Source of the DNA: Octopus sinensis
Lineage: Eukaryota
DNA length: 64,000 bases
Assembly: GCF_006345805.1 (NCBI RefSeq)
Contig: NC_043026.1
Coordinates: 9,486,001-9,550,000 of the forward strand
Reading direction: 5' to 3'
This document shows positions 23,499 through 40,375 of the stretch, one piece after another (the stretch's first letter is position 1; the number at the start of each line of letters is the position of its first letter). The notes beneath the pieces are model-generated. The model made no database searches. It was not told the origin of the DNA and saw nothing but the letters and a program-made list of their open reading frames with translations. Both the position numbers and the translations under genes were made by a program.

Positions 23499-26426
23499 AG
23501 GAAAAAATATATCTATTGTGATTTTCAAAGAAATAAAATGGAAAATAGTGAGGAACCGAAGGATTTGACTTTTCCAGAAGAAAAAGCAAAGAGGAGACGG
23601 AAATTATCACATAATTGTAATGTCTGTAAAAAGTCTTTCTCTCAAAAGGGCAGCTTGAATAAGCACAAACGTATTCATACAGTAGAGAAGCCATTTCACT
23701 GTGACGTCTGTGGTAAATCATTTTCTGCAAGTAGTAACTTGACCACACACCAACGTATTCATACGGGCGAAAAGCCATTTCACTGTGAAATCTGTGGTAA
23801 ATCATTATCTCACAGTAGTGCTTTAACGCATCATAAACGTATTCACACAGGGGAGACTCCATATTCCTGTAATATCTGTGGTAAATCATTTTCTAGCAAC
23901 AGTTCTTTGACTTCTCACAAACGTGTTCATACAGGAGAGAAACCATATCACTGTGACATCTGTAACAAATCTTTCACTCAGAGTAATAGCCTAATTACTC
24001 ATAAACGTATTCATACAGGGGAGAAGCCATTTCACTGTGTCATCTGTGGTAAATCATTCTCTGACCGAAGTACTTTCATTTCTCACAAGCGTGTTCATAC
24101 AGGAGAGAAGCCATATCAGTGTAACATCTGCAGTAAATCATTCTCTCATAAGGGTCTCTTGAATATGCACAAACGTATTCATTCAGGTGAGACACCATAT
24201 TCCTGTAATATCTGTGGCAAATCGCTCTCAAGCAAAAGCAGTTTAAATTCTCACAAACGTATTCATACAGGTGAGAAGCCATATCGCTGCGACATCTGTA
24301 ACAAGTCTTTCTCTGTAAGTAGTACCCTGACTATTCACAAGCGTATTCATACAGGAGAGACACCATATTCTTGTGATATCTGTGGTAAATTATTCTCCCG
24401 AAATGACAACTTAGCTAAGCATAAATATGTCCATACAGGAGAGAAGCCGTATCACTGTGATATCTGTAATAAATCTTTCTCTCTTAGTAGTACCCTAACT
24501 AATCATAAACGTTTCCATTCAGGAGAGAAGCCATTTCGCTGTGAAATCTGTGGTAAATCATTCTCTCAAAGTAGTACTTTAACTAATCATAAACGTATTC
24601 ACACAGGAGAGACACCATATTCTTGTAATATCTGCAGTAAATCATTTTCTCTCAGCAGTTCTTTGACTGCTCACAGACGTGTTCATACAGGAGAGAAACC
24701 ATATCACTGTGACATCTGCAACAAATCTTTTTGTGTCAGTAATCAGCTAACTTCTCATAAACGTATTCATACAGGGGAGAAGCCATATCACTGCAACATC
24801 TGTAACAAATCTTTCTCTCGGAGTAATAACCTAATTACTCATAAACGTATTCATACAGGGGAGAAGCCATTTCACTGTGTCATCTGTGGTAAATCATTCT
24901 CTGACCGAAGTACTTTCATTTCTCACAAGCGTGTTCATACAGGAGAGAAGCCATATCAGTGTAGGAAAAAATATATCTATTGTGATTTTCAAAGAAATAA
25001 AATGGAAAATAGTGAGGAACCGAAGGATTTGACTTTTCCAGAAGAAAAAGCAAAGAGGAGACGGAAATTATCACATAATTGTAATGTCTGTAAAAAGTCT
25101 TTCTCTCAAAAGGGCAGCTTGAATAAGCACAAACGTATTCATACAGTAGAGAAGCCATTTCACTGTGACGTCTGTGGTAAATCATTTTCTGCAAGTAGTA
25201 ACTTGACCACACACCAACGTATTCATACGGGCGAAAAGCCATTTCACTGTGAAATCTGTGGTAAATCATTATCTCACAGTAGTGCTTTAACGCATCATAA
25301 ACGTATTCACACAGGGGAGACTCCATATTCCTGTAATATCTGTGGTAAATCATTTTCTAGCAACAGTTCTTTGACTTCTCACAAACGTGTTCATACAGGA
25401 GAGAAACCATATCACTGTGACATCTGTAACAAATCTTTCACTCAGAGTAATAGCCTAATTACTCATAAACGTATTCATACAGGGGAGAAGCCATTTCACT
25501 GTGTCATCTGTGGTAAATCATTCTCTGACCGAAGTACTTTCATTTCTCACAAGCGTGTTCATACAGGAGAGAAGCCATATCAGTGTAACATCTGCAGTAA
25601 ATCATTCTCTCATAAGGGTCTCTTGAATATGCACAAACGTATTCATTCAGGTGAGACACCATATTCCTGTAATATCTGTGGCAAATCGCTCTCAAGCAAA
25701 AGCAGTTTAAATTCTCACAAACGTATTCATACAGGTGAGAAGCCATATCGCTGCGACATCTGTAACAAGTCTTTCTCTGTAAGTAGTACCCTGACTATTC
25801 ACAAGCGTATTCATACAGGAGAGACACCATATTCTTGTGATATCTGTGGTAAATTATTCTCCCGAAATGACAACTTAGCTAAGCATAAATATGTCCATAC
25901 AGGAGAGAAGCCGTATCACTGTGATATCTGTAATAAATCTTTCTCTCTTAGTAGTACCCTAACTAATCATAAACGTTTCCATTCAGGAGAGAAGCCATTT
26001 CGCTGTGAAATCTGTGGTAAATCATTCTCTCAAAGTAGTACTTTAACTAATCATAAACGTATTCACACAGGAGAGACACCATATTCTTGTAATATCTGCA
26101 GTAAATCATTTTCTCTCAGCAGTTCTTTGACTGCTCACAGACGTGTTCATACAGGAGAGAAACCATATCACTGTGACATCTGCAACAAATCTTTTTGTGT
26201 CAGTAATCAGCTAACTTCTCATAAACGTATTCATACAGGGGAGAAGCCATATCACTGCAACATCTAACAAATCTTTCTCTCGGAGTAATAACCTAATTAC
26301 TCATAAACGTATTCATACAGGGGAGAAGCCATTTCACTGTGTCATCTGTGGTAAATCATTCTCTGACCGAAGTACTTTCATTTCTCACAAGCGTGTTCAT
26401 ACAGGAGAGAAGCCATATCAGTGTAA
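23499..26426 (+). repeat. 1464-bp tandem duplication (23499-24962 / 24963-26426)
   Basis: ATG at 23538 is repeated at 25002. The translations of the two copies are identical up to the 26265 deletion. Confidence 0.9.
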
Positions 26427-27582
26427 CATCTGTAGTAAATCATTCTCTCAAAAAGGTGGCTTGGTTAGGCACAAACATATTCATTCAGTTGACACACCAT
26501 ATTCTTGTAATATCTGTGGCAAATCGCTCTCATGCAAAAGCAGTTTAACTTCTCACAAACGTATTCATACGGGTGAGAAGCCATATTGCTGCAACATCTG
26601 TAACAAGTCTTTCTCTGTAAGTTGTAATCTGACTATTCACAAGCGTATTCATAGAGGAGAGACACCTTATTCTTGTGATATCTGTGGTAAATCATTCTTT
26701 CAACTTGGCAACTTAGCTACCCATAAACGTTTCCATACAGGAGAGAAGCCATACCACTGTGATATCTGTGGTAAATCATTCTGTACAAGTTACGAATTGC
26801 TTGTACACAAACGTATTCATACAGGAGAGAAGCCCTTTCACTGTGATGTCTGTGGTACATCATTCTCTCAACAGAGTGCTTTAAATTCACACACGATTGT
26901 TCATACAGGGGAAAAGCGATTTCGCTGTGACATTTGTGGTAAATCATTGTCTACAAATAACAATTTGACTAGACACAAACGTATTCATACTGGCGAGAAG
27001 CCATATCACTGTGTCATCTGTGGTAAATCTTTCTCTGACCAAAGTGCTTCCAATTCTCACAAACGCATTCATACAGGAGAGAAGCCATATCAGTGTAACA
27101 TCTGTAGTAAATCATTCTCATGTAGTAGTGCTCTCGCTTCTCACAAACGTACACATACAAGAGAAAAACCATATTCTTGTAATATATGTGGTAAATCATT
27201 CCCTCGCAACACCGCTTTAACTTATCATAAACGTATTCATACAGGTGAGAAGCCATACCATTGTGATATCTGTGGTCTATCATTTTCTGGAAGTACTTCT
27301 TTGACTATGCACAAGCGTATTCATACAGGAGAGAAGCCATATCACTGTGATATCTGTGGCAAATCATTCTCTCAGAGTAGCGTTTTAACTGGTCACAAGC
27401 GTATTCATACAGGGGAGAAGCCATATCACTGCGATATCTGTGGCAAATCATTTTCTCTAAGTACTTATTTAATTAGTCACAAGCGTATTCATACAGGAGA
27501 GAAGCCATATCCCTGTGATAGCTGTGGCAAATCATTCTCTCGTAGTAGTGCCTTAACTTCTCACAAGCGTATTCATACATGA
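23538..27582 (+). CDS. C2H2 ZNF copy 3, 46 finger units (1348 aa if a 2-bp deletion is corrected; 30 fingers/860 aa without the duplication)
   Basis: ORFs 23538-26267 and 26461-27582 join by restoring 2 nt at 26265 (CATCT[GT]AACAAA in the first copy). Confidence 0.8.
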
Positions 27583-30500
27583 GAAAACCTTTTCTCTGTG
27601 AGTGGTGACTGAACCCTTTACCATGCAGGTTATTCTGTCGAATGTGATGTTTATTTATTCACATTATTTTCAACTTGTCTTACATTATCTCACAGCTTTC
27701 AAGTTTTTACGATATGATTGTTTGTATTTAAATGACATTGTAGGGTAGGTGCAAGAGGCCAACTCTGGCTAGTTTGACCATAAGATAGATAGAAAATTTG
27801 GACCAGGTATGGCCACTTTAAATGCTAAAGAGCTAACCCTACAAGTAACAACATTTCTTACTTCCTACAAGGACCATAGGGGACCATTTTTGACTGTCAT
27901 TGAAAATCACATTTAATACAATTTATTTTAAATATCAGCAAATGCATTGAATAAAGGATTTGAAAATACATTCTTTTAGCATTTATTTACATGTGAAAAA
28001 TATATATCTATGCACATATACTTGATATGATGCTCATGATTGCACATTCAATACAGTTGTAGAAATTAAAAAGTAATAAGCAGAATTGGTGAAAAATGAC
28101 CGCTCGGTACTTCTGCTGTTAACTAAATGTGTATCTATTCATATAGATGTATGACTATCAATGTGACAATTCATAAGAACAATAAGCATTTTGAGCTTCT
28201 AAAATTGTGGTAGTGTTGTGGGCTTTCTCCATGGCATTAACCAAACTATTCATCAGGGAATTGTTGTAATTGCGGAAGTTCCTTCTATGCCAAAACATAA
28301 AGAATAAGGGACACTCTCTCTAACTATAATGTAATCACACAGGAGAGGAGATAGAGCTGTGTGTGATAACAGCCTCCTAACTCCAGAGTTTATTTCACCA
28401 CATCTCAGGTAACTCACCTGTGGGATATTTTTTTTTTATTAAAAGCAACTTTTGTGTAGGTTTTAAATTTTGTCTTGCATGAATTTTAAGAATCTGTTAA
28501 AACCAATAGGTGTGGCCGTGTGGTATGAACCTTGCTTCCTAAGCAAGGCGGCCAGCTGGCAGAACCGTTAGCATGCTGGGCGAAACGCTTTGCGGTAATT
28601 CATCTGCCGCTAACGTTCTGAGTTCAAATACGGTTGAGGTCGACTTTGCCTTTAATCCTTTCGGGGTCGATTAAATAAGTACCAGTTACGCACTGGGGTC
28701 GATATAATCGACTTAATTCGTTTGTCTTTCCTTGTTTGTCCTCTCTGTGTTTAGCCCCTTGTGGGTAGTAAAGAAATAGGTATGAACCTTGCTTCCCAAC
28801 TGCATGCTTCTGGGATCAGTCCCACTACATGGCACCTTATGCAAGTCTATTCTACTAGAACACTAAGCCGAACAAACCCTTGTGAGTGGATTTTTTAGAG
28901 GGAAACTGAAAGAAACCCAACATTTATATTTGTCTTCCTGGCTATTAATCTTTAACCCTTTCGTTACTAACCGGCTCTGGCTCTGATTACAAATGTCTTG
29001 TTTCCATAAGTTTTGAATACAAATCTTCCACCAAATCTTAGTCACAATTTATGCTCCTAACACTAGCTCAATGATAACTAAGTTATTTTACTAAATTCTT
29101 TGTTATATTTAAAGTAATTGAAAGAAACAGCATCTCAAAATAAATACAGTAACGAAAGGGTTCAATTATTACAAATGAGAAAATACATGAAGCCAAGTGA
29201 AATTGCAAGCACTGAAAATACTAGTTTCTCTTCCGGACCACCAGTCATTATATAAGGAATGGTCCTTACCGTTTTTGTGCAGAGAGAAAGAAGGAGAGAT
29301 GGAGATGAGATCAGGACAACTGATGCTGCCCAGCACACAGAACCAAACCAGGAAGATGCTACAGAATTTCAACTGTGATACAACTTCCACCGTTCCAGAT
29401 AGAGTTTGTTAAAACTTGCCAAACCTGTTACTTCACAATATGTAAGACATTTGCCATGTATTTTTATAAAGGGTTGTAATAAATAAATCGCATTGAATTT
29501 ACGTGGTTCTTCTTGTCATTCTTTTGTATTGGGTAACTCCAGGCAGACAGACTAGACCAGTGAATGCATAACCAACACACAGGTACATCAAGATGAACCA
29601 GCCACAGTTAACTCGCAAGCAAAACTCATAACCAATGCTACAGAATTTCAACTGTGATACAACTCCCACTGTTCCAGATAGAGTTCGTTAAAACTCAACA
29701 CCCCCTACACTCTAATCATGCTTCCTTTGCAGTATCCTATTCCTTTACTACCCACAAGGGGCTAAACACAGAGAGGAGACAAACAAGGACAGACAAAGGG
29801 ATTAAGTCGATTACATCGACTCCAGTGCGTAACTGGTACTTATTTAATCGACCCCGAAAGGATGTCGACCTCAGCGGAATTTGAACTCAGAGCCTAACGT
29901 TCCTGCCAGCTCGCCACATTTACAGTATCCTGTCCCTTATATTATTACGTTTGAACCTTAAGGGTATGTCCTGGCCCTTGCCACCATCTATATCTCTTTC
30001 TTCCCTTACTCAACGATCCCCATTTATGTTCTGATCCCCTCCCTAGTGAATACGCCCATCATTTTGCCACTATCTCCATCGTGTTGTCTCCCACCCTCTA
30101 TCTCCTTCTCCTGCATTTCCCTCAGGCTGGGTAACCATGTATCTCCTTTGTGGCGGCACACCTGTTTCTGTCTTCATCCTGATCTCTCTCTCTCTCTCTG
30201 GCCTGGTAAACTTGTACTTCCTCCACAGCAACAGACAGATCACAACAACAGATGCTGCCCAACACACGGAACCAAACCATGAACATGCTACAGAATTTCA
30301 ACTGTGATACAACTCCCACTGTTCCAGATAGAGTTCGTTAAAACTTGCCAAACCTGTTACTTGACAATTTGTAAGACATTTGCCATGTATTTTTATAAGG
30401 GGTTGTAATAAATAACAGTGCTAGATCTTCTTGTCATTTGTTTATACATGGTAACTCCAGGGACACCGACTACACCAGTTAATGCATAATCCAGAGTGAT

Positions 30501-31230
30501 TAGAATTTTATTTTTGTCAGCGTCGCCTGACTGGCGTCTGTGTCGGTGACACGTAAAAGCACCAACCGATCGTGGCTGTTTGCCAGCCTGCTCTGGCTCC
30601 TGTGCCGGTGGCACGTAAAAAACACCCACTACACTCACGGAGTGGTTGGCGTTAGGAAGGGCATCCAGCTGTAGAAACACTGCCAAATCAGACAAGAGGC
30701 TGGTGCAGCCTCCATGGCTTACCAGACCCCGGTCGAACCGTCCAACCCATGCTAGCACTTAAAACGGACGTTAAACGATGATGGTGATGATGATGAGATA
30801 TATATATATATATATATATAAACACACACGTTAATGATAGGCAGAAGTTACAGAGTGACAATGGCCCAATTCGTGTTTCATGAGTGCCAATACATGAAAC
30901 TCTCAGCTTTTGACTTACTCTCAAACTTCTGCCGATGATATATATATATACGTACGTATAGGTGTCAAAAAATCTCATCACGCAATCAAACCAATGAAAG
31001 AGCCTCTACCTGGCCGCTCAACGCGCTAAAAATAGCAGCCAAAGTATCCCCCTACCAAAATCACACGTCAGATTGAATCGATCCAGTAGGCAGGGTGCAC
31101 CTTTTCTACGTATGCCGAAACTACGGGGAAGTCGACTGTGCCTTTTACCGTTTCGGGGTCAGTTTTGCCTTTCGCCTTTTTTGGCGGGTCAATAAAATAA
31201 ATTACCAGTTGACTACTAAGGTTCGTTAGT

Positions 31231-31614
31231 GGAGGCGCAATGGCCCAGTGGTTAGGGCAGCGGACTCGCGGTCATAGGAGAGCGGTTTCGATTCCCAGAC
31301 CGGGCGTTGTGAGTGTTTATTGAGCGAAAACACCTAAAAGCTCCACGAGGCTCCGGCAGGGGATGGTGGTGATCCCTGCTGTACTCTTTCACCACAACTT
31401 TCTCTCACTCTTACTTCCTGTTTCTGTTGTACCTGTATTTCAAGGGGCCGGCCTTATCACTCTCTGTGTCACGCTGAATATCCCCTAGAACTACGTTAAG
31501 GGTACACGTCTCTGTGGAGTGCTCAGCCACTTACACGTTAATTTCACGGGCAGGCTGTTCCGTTGATTCGGATCAACCGGAACCCTCATCGTCGTAACCG
31601 ACGGAGTGCTTCCA
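31231..31614 (+). mobile_element. tRNA-derived SINE family A
   Basis: Same head, body and flanks as 21527-21896. Confidence 0.8.
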
Positions 31615-31706
31615 TCCACTGAGGTTCGTGTAATCGACTTAGGCACCCCCCCTCTGCTCACCGAAATTGCTGGCCTTGTGACAAAAGGTGAAATGAATAT
31701 TTCATA

Positions 31707-31874
31707 CGCATGCGCACTAATCGCATTTCCGCCTCCATTCCTGAAATCTCTGCGCACATGTCTGGTGCCAGAATTTCTCTCAATTCACTCCCAAACACAT
31801 TTATAATACATTTCTCAACCACCTGAAGCACTTCTAACAACAACACCATCCTTTATAAAGACATTTCCGTAAGT
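31707..31874 (+). promoter_or_regulatory. Putative promoter, exon 1 and donor of ZNF copy 4
   Basis: CGCATGCGCA at 31707; GTAAGT at 31869; acceptor CAG| at 32987. Confidence 0.6.
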
Positions 31875-32354
31875 ATTAAACAACGAAATCGTTTAATCTT
31901 TCAATACTTTGGTGTTTTAGATGTCCTTTGATGTGTGCGACATTTGGCTGCTATTTCTAGCTATGGCGGCAACCTCCTACACGCTCCATCGTTTCCCCAT
32001 GTGTTTTTCCCACCCACTACGAATCCCGATCTTGTCTCCAATGAGTGTAGTGGGTGCTTTTTACGTGCCACCGGCCCTGGGGCCAGGCGAGGCTGGCAGC
32101 GGACACGAACGGATGGTGCTTTAACGTGCCACCGGCCCGGGGGCCAGTCGGGGCTGGCAGCGGACACGAACGGATGGTGCTTTTACGTGCCACCGTCCGG
32201 CAGCGGACGCGCGTCCGGGGCAGCGACCACGATCGGATGGTTCGCTTAACCACTGCTGCAACTTCCACTGATGTTGATCGACCTCGATTTTGGTTCTGCT
32301 TTCTGATATCTGATTTCATTTCCTTTGATTTTGACTTTGATTTTGATTGTTCTC

Positions 32355-32388
<34 letters not shown>

Positions 32389-33300
32389 CTTTACTCTTTT
32401 ACTTGTTTCAGTCATTTTGACTGCGGTCATACTGGAGCACCGCCCTTTTAATCGAGCAACTCGACCCCGGGACTTATACTTTTGTAAGCCCAGTACTTAT
32501 TCTATGGGTCTCTTTTGCCGATCCGCCAAGTAACGGGGACATAAACACACCAGCATCGGTTATCAATCAATGCTAGGGGGACAAACACAAACACACACAC
32601 ACATATATATACATATATACGACGGGCTTCTTTCAGTTTCCGTCTACCAAATCCACTCACAAGGCTTTGGTCGGCCTGAGGCTATAGTAGAAGACACTTG
32701 GCCAAAGTGCCATGCAGTGGGACTGAACCCGGAACCATGTGGTTGGTAAGCAAGCTACTTACCACACAGCCACTCCTGTGCCTTGTGTGTGTATTTATTT
32801 TTAAATGTGAATGTGTAATTGGAGTTTACAAATATGTTAGCTTCACATAAGATGTAAATTTTAATAAATTTAAAATTCTGTTGTTCAGGTAAATGTTTAT
32901 TTCTACAGTTTATCTTTATGGAAATGTTGAATCAGTATTTTTTAAGTAGCCTCTATATCTTACACTGTTGTTTCTTTATTATTTCAGAATATCAGATGAC
33001 ATTGGTATAACTGAAGATACATTCTCATTATTTATCATCTTTTAAAGACCAAAATATTGTACAGAACAGATGTATAAGATTGTTTCTGAAAATGTGTCGT
33101 AGAATTCCACTTTGAAATGTGTTCTTAGCAAACTTTCTGGACTTCACTGGCTGGAGTGTCTACAAGATGTGTCTGTGTGGAATTTAAACTTGGATAAATT
33201 TACTGGACAGAAATACAGCAGTTGAAATATTTGTAAACAAAACAGTGTAGAAGCAAAGAGAAGGAAAAAATATATCTATTGTGATTTTCAAAGAAATAAA

Positions 33301-35378
<2,078 letters not shown>

Positions 35379-38300
35379 GAAAACCTTTTCTCTGTGAGTG
35401 GTGACTGAACCCTTTACCATGCAGGTTATTCTGTCGAATGTGATGTTTATTTATTCACATTATTTTCAAATTGTCTTACATTATCTCACAGCTTTCAAGT
35501 TTTTACGATATGATTGTTTGTATTTAGAATGACATTGTAGGGTAGGTGCAAGAGGCCAACTCTGGCTAGTTTGACTGTAAGATAGATAGAAAATTTGGAC
35601 CAGGTATGGCCACTTTAAATGCTAAAGAGCTAACCCTACAAGTAACAACATTTCTTACTTCCTACAAGGACCATAGGGGACCATTTTTGACTGTCATTGA
35701 AAATCACATTTAATACAATTTATTTTAAATATCAGCAAATGCATTGAATAAAGGATTTGAAAATACATTCTTTTAGCATTTATTTACATGTGAAAAATAT
35801 ATATCTATGCACATATACTTGATATGATGCTCATGATTGCACATTCAATACAGTTGTAGAAATTAAAAAGTAATAAGCAGAATTGGTGAAAAATGACCGC
35901 TCGGTACTTCTGCTGTTAACTAAATGTGTATCTATTCATATAGATGTATGACTATCAATGTGACAATTCATAAGAACAATAAGCATTTTGAGCTTCTAAA
36001 ATTGTGGTAGTGTTGTGGGCTTTCTCCATGGCATTAACCAAACTATTCATCAGGGAATTGTTGTAATTGTGGAAGTTCCTTCTATGACAAAACATAAAGA
36101 ATAAGGCACACTCTCTCTAACTATAAATGTAATCACACAGGAGAGGAGATAGAGCTGTGTGTGATAACAGCCTCCTAACTCCAGAGTTTATTTCACCACA
36201 TCTCAGGTAACTCACCTGTGGGATATTTTTTTTTTATTAAAAGCAACTTTTGTGTAGGTTTTAAATTTTGTCTTGCATGAATTTTAAGAATCTGTTAAAA
36301 CCAATAGGTGTGGCCGTGTGGTATGAACCTTGCTTCCTAAGCAAGGCGGCCAGCTGGCAGAACCGTTAGCATGCTGGGCGAAACGCTTTGCGGTAATTCA
36401 TCTGCCGCTAACGTTCTGAGTTCAAATACGGTTGAGGTCGACTTTGCCTTTAATCCTTTCGGGGTCGATTAAATAAGTACCAGTTACGCACTGGGGTCGA
36501 TATAATCGACTTAATTCGTTTGTCTTTCCTTGTTTGTCCTCTCTGTGTTTAGCCCCTTGTGGGTAGTAAAGAAATAGGTATGAACCTTGCTTCCCAACTG
36601 CATGCTTCTGGGATCAGTCCCACTACATGGCACCTTATGCAAGTCTATTCTACTAGAACACTAAGCCGAACAAACCCTTGTGAGTGGATTTTTTAGAGGG
36701 AAACTGAAAGAAACCCAACATTTATATTTGTCTTCCTGGCTATTAATCTTTAACCCTTTCGTTACTAACCGGCTCTGGCTCTGATTACAAATGTCTTGTT
36801 TCCATAAGTTTTGAATACAAATCTTCCACCAAATCTTAGTCACAATTTATGCTCCTAACACTAGCTCAATGATAACTAAGTTATTTTACTAAATTCTTTG
36901 TTATATTTAAAGTAATTGAAAGAAACAGAGCATCTCAAAATAAATACAGTAACGAAAGGGTTCAATTATTACAAATGAGAAAATACATGAAGCCAAGTGA
37001 AATTGCAAGCACTGAAATACTAGTTTCTCTTCCGGACCACCAGTCATTATATAAGGAATGGTCCTTACCGTTTTTGTGCAGAGAGAAAGAAGGAGAGATG
37101 GAGATGAGATCAGGACAACTGATGCTGCCCAGCACACAGAACCAAACCAGGAAGATGCTACAGAATTTCAACTGTGATACAACTTCCACCGTTCCAGATA
37201 GAGTTTGTTAAAACTTGCCAAACCTGTTACTTCACAATATGTAAGACATTTGCCATGTATTTTTATAAAGGGTTGTAATAAATAAATCGCATTGAATTTA
37301 CGTGGTTCTTCTTGTCATTCTTTTGTATTCGGTAACTCCAGGCAGACAGACTAGACCAGTGAATGCATAACCAACACACAGGTACATCAAGATGAACCAG
37401 CCACAGTTAACTCGCAAGCAAAACTCATAACCAATGCTACAGAATTTCAACTGTGATACAACTCCCACTGTTCCAGATAGAGTTCGTTAAAACTCAACAC
37501 CCCCTACACTCTAATCATGCTTCCTTTGCAGTATCCTATTCCTTTACTACCCACAAGGGGCTAAACACAGAGAGGAGACAAACAAGGACAGACAAAGGGA
37601 TTAAGTCGATTACATCGACTCCAGTGCGTAACTGGTACTTATTTAATCGACCCCGAAAGGATGTCGACCTCAGCGGAATTTGAACTCAGAGCCTAACGTT
37701 CCTGCCAGCTCGCCACATTTACAGTATCCTGTCCCTTATATTATGACGTTTGAACCTTAAGGGTATGTCCTGGCCCTTGCCACCATCTATATCTCTTTCT
37801 TCCCTTACTCAACCATCCCCATTTATGTTCTGATCCCCTCCCTAGTGAATACGCCCATCATTTTGCCACTATCTCCATCGTGTTGTCTCCCAGCCTCTAT
37901 CTCCTTCTCCTGCATTTCCCTCAGGCTGGGTAACCATGTATCTCCTGTTTCTGTCTTCATCCTGATCTCTATCTCTCTGGCCTGGTAAACTTGTACTTCC
38001 TCTACAGCAACGGACAGATCACAACAACAGATGCTGCCCAACACACAGAATCAAACCATGAACATGCTACAGAATTTCAACTGTGATACAACTCCCACTG
38101 TTCCAGATAGAGTTCGTTAAAACTTGCCAAACCTGTTAATTCACAATATGTAAGACATTTGCCATGTATTTTTATAAGGGGTTGTAATAAATAACAGTCC
38201 TAGATCTTCTTGTCATTTGTTTATTTATGGTAACTCCAGGGACACCGACTACACCAGTTAATGCATAATCCAGAATGATTAGAATTTTATTTTTGGCAGC

Positions 38301-39012
38301 GTCGCCTGACTGGCGTCTGTGTCGGTGACACGTAAAAGCACCAACCGATCGTGGCTGTTTGCCAGCCTGCTCTGGCTCCTGTGCCGGTGGCACGTAAAAA
38401 ACACACACTACACTCACGGAATGGTTGGCGTTAGGAAGGGCATCCAGCTGTAGAAACACTGCCAAATCAGACAAGAGGCTGGTGCAGCCTCTCTGGCTTA
38501 CCAGACCCCGGTCGAACCGTCCAACCCATGCTAGCACATACAACGGACGTTAAACGTTGATGGTGATGATGATGATATAAAAAATATATATATATATATA
38601 GACACACACGTTAATGATAGGCAGAAGTTACAGAGTGACAATGGCCAAATTCGTGTTTCATGAGTGCCAATACATGAAACTCTCAGCTTTTGACTTACTC
38701 TCAAACTTCTGCCCATGATATATATATATATACGTACGTATAGGTGTCAAAAAATCTCATCACGCAATCAAATCAATGAAAGAGCCTCTACCTGGCCGCT
38801 CGACACGCTAAAAATAGCAGCCAAAGTATCCCCCTACCAAAATCACACGTCAGATTGAATCGATCCAGTAGGCAGGGTGCACCTTTTCTACGTATGCCGA
38901 AACTACGGGGAAGTCGACTGTGCTTTTTACCGTTTCGGGGTCAGTTTTGCCTTTCGCCTTTTTTGGCGGGTCAATAAAATAAATTACCAGTTGACTACTA
39001 AGGTTCGTTAGT

Positions 39013-39396
39013 GGAGGCGCAATGGCCCAGTGGTTAGGGCAGCGGACTCGCGGTCATAGGATCGCGGTTTCGATTCCCAGACCGGGCGTTGTGAGTGTTT
39101 ATTGAGCGAAAACACCTAAAAGCTCCACGAGGCTCCGGCAGGGGATGGTGGTGATCCCTGCTGTACTCTTTCACCACAACTTTCTCTCACTCTTACTTCC
39201 TGTTTCTGTTGTACCTGTATTTCAAGGGGCCGGCCTTATCACTCTCTGTGTCACGCTGAATATCCCCGAGAACTACGTTAAGGGTACACGTCTCTGTGGA
39301 GTGCTCAGCCACTTACACGTTAATTTCACGGGCAGGCTGTTCCGTTGATTCGGATCAACCGGAACCCTCATCGTCGTAACCGACGGAGTGCTTCCA
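39013..39396 (+). mobile_element. tRNA-derived SINE family A
   Basis: Same as the other units. Confidence 0.8.
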
Positions 39397-39489
39397 TCCA
39401 CTGAGGTTCGTGTAATCGACTTAGGCACCCCCCCCTCTCCTCACCGAAATTGCTGGCCTTGTGACAAAATGTGAAATGAATATTTCATA

Positions 39490-39657
39490 CGCATGCGCAC
39501 TAAGCGTATTTCCGCCTCCATTCCTGAAATCTCTGCGCACATGTCTGGTGCCAGAATTTCTCTCAATTCACTCCCAAACACATTTATAATACATTTCTCA
39601 ACCACCCGAAGCACTTCTAACAACAACACCATCCTTTATAAAGACATTTCCGTAAGT
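39490..39657 (+). promoter_or_regulatory. Putative promoter, exon 1 and donor of ZNF copy 5
   Basis: CGCATGCGCA at 39490; GTAAGT at 39652; acceptor TAG| at 40743. Confidence 0.6.
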
Positions 39658-40340
39658 ATTAAACAACGAAATCGTTTAATCTTTCAATACTTTGGTGTTT
39701 TAGATGTCCTTTGATGTGTGCGACATTTGGCTGCTATTTCTAGCTATGGCGGCAACCTCCTACACGCTCCATCGTTTCCCCATTTGTTTTTCCCACCCAC
39801 TACGAATCCCGATCTTGTCTCCAATGAGTGTAGTGGGTGCTTTTTACGTGCCACCGGCCCGGGGGCCAGTCGGGGCTGGCAGCGGACACGAACGGATGGT
39901 GCTTTTACGTGCCACCGGCCCGGGGGCCAGTCGGGGCTGGCAGCGGACACGAACGGATGGTGCTTTTACGTGCCACCGGGGCGGCGCCGGCAGCGACCAC
40001 GATCGGATGGTTCGCTTAACCACTGCTGCAACTTCCACTGATGTTGATCGACCTCGATTTTGGTTCTGCTTTCTGATATCTGATTTCATTTCCTTTGATT
40101 TTGACTGTTCTCACTGTGTGTGTGTGTGTACTCTTTACTCTTTTACTTGTTTCAGTCATTTTGACTGCGGTCATACTGGAGCACCGCCTTTTTAATCGAG
40201 CAACTCGACCCCGGGACTTATACTTTTGTAAGCCCAGTACTTATTCTATGGGTCTCTTTTGCCGAACCGCCAAGTAACGGGGACATAAACACACCAGCAT
40301 CGGTTATCAAGCAATGCTAGGGGGACAAACACAAACACAC

Positions 40341-40375
<35 letters not shown>

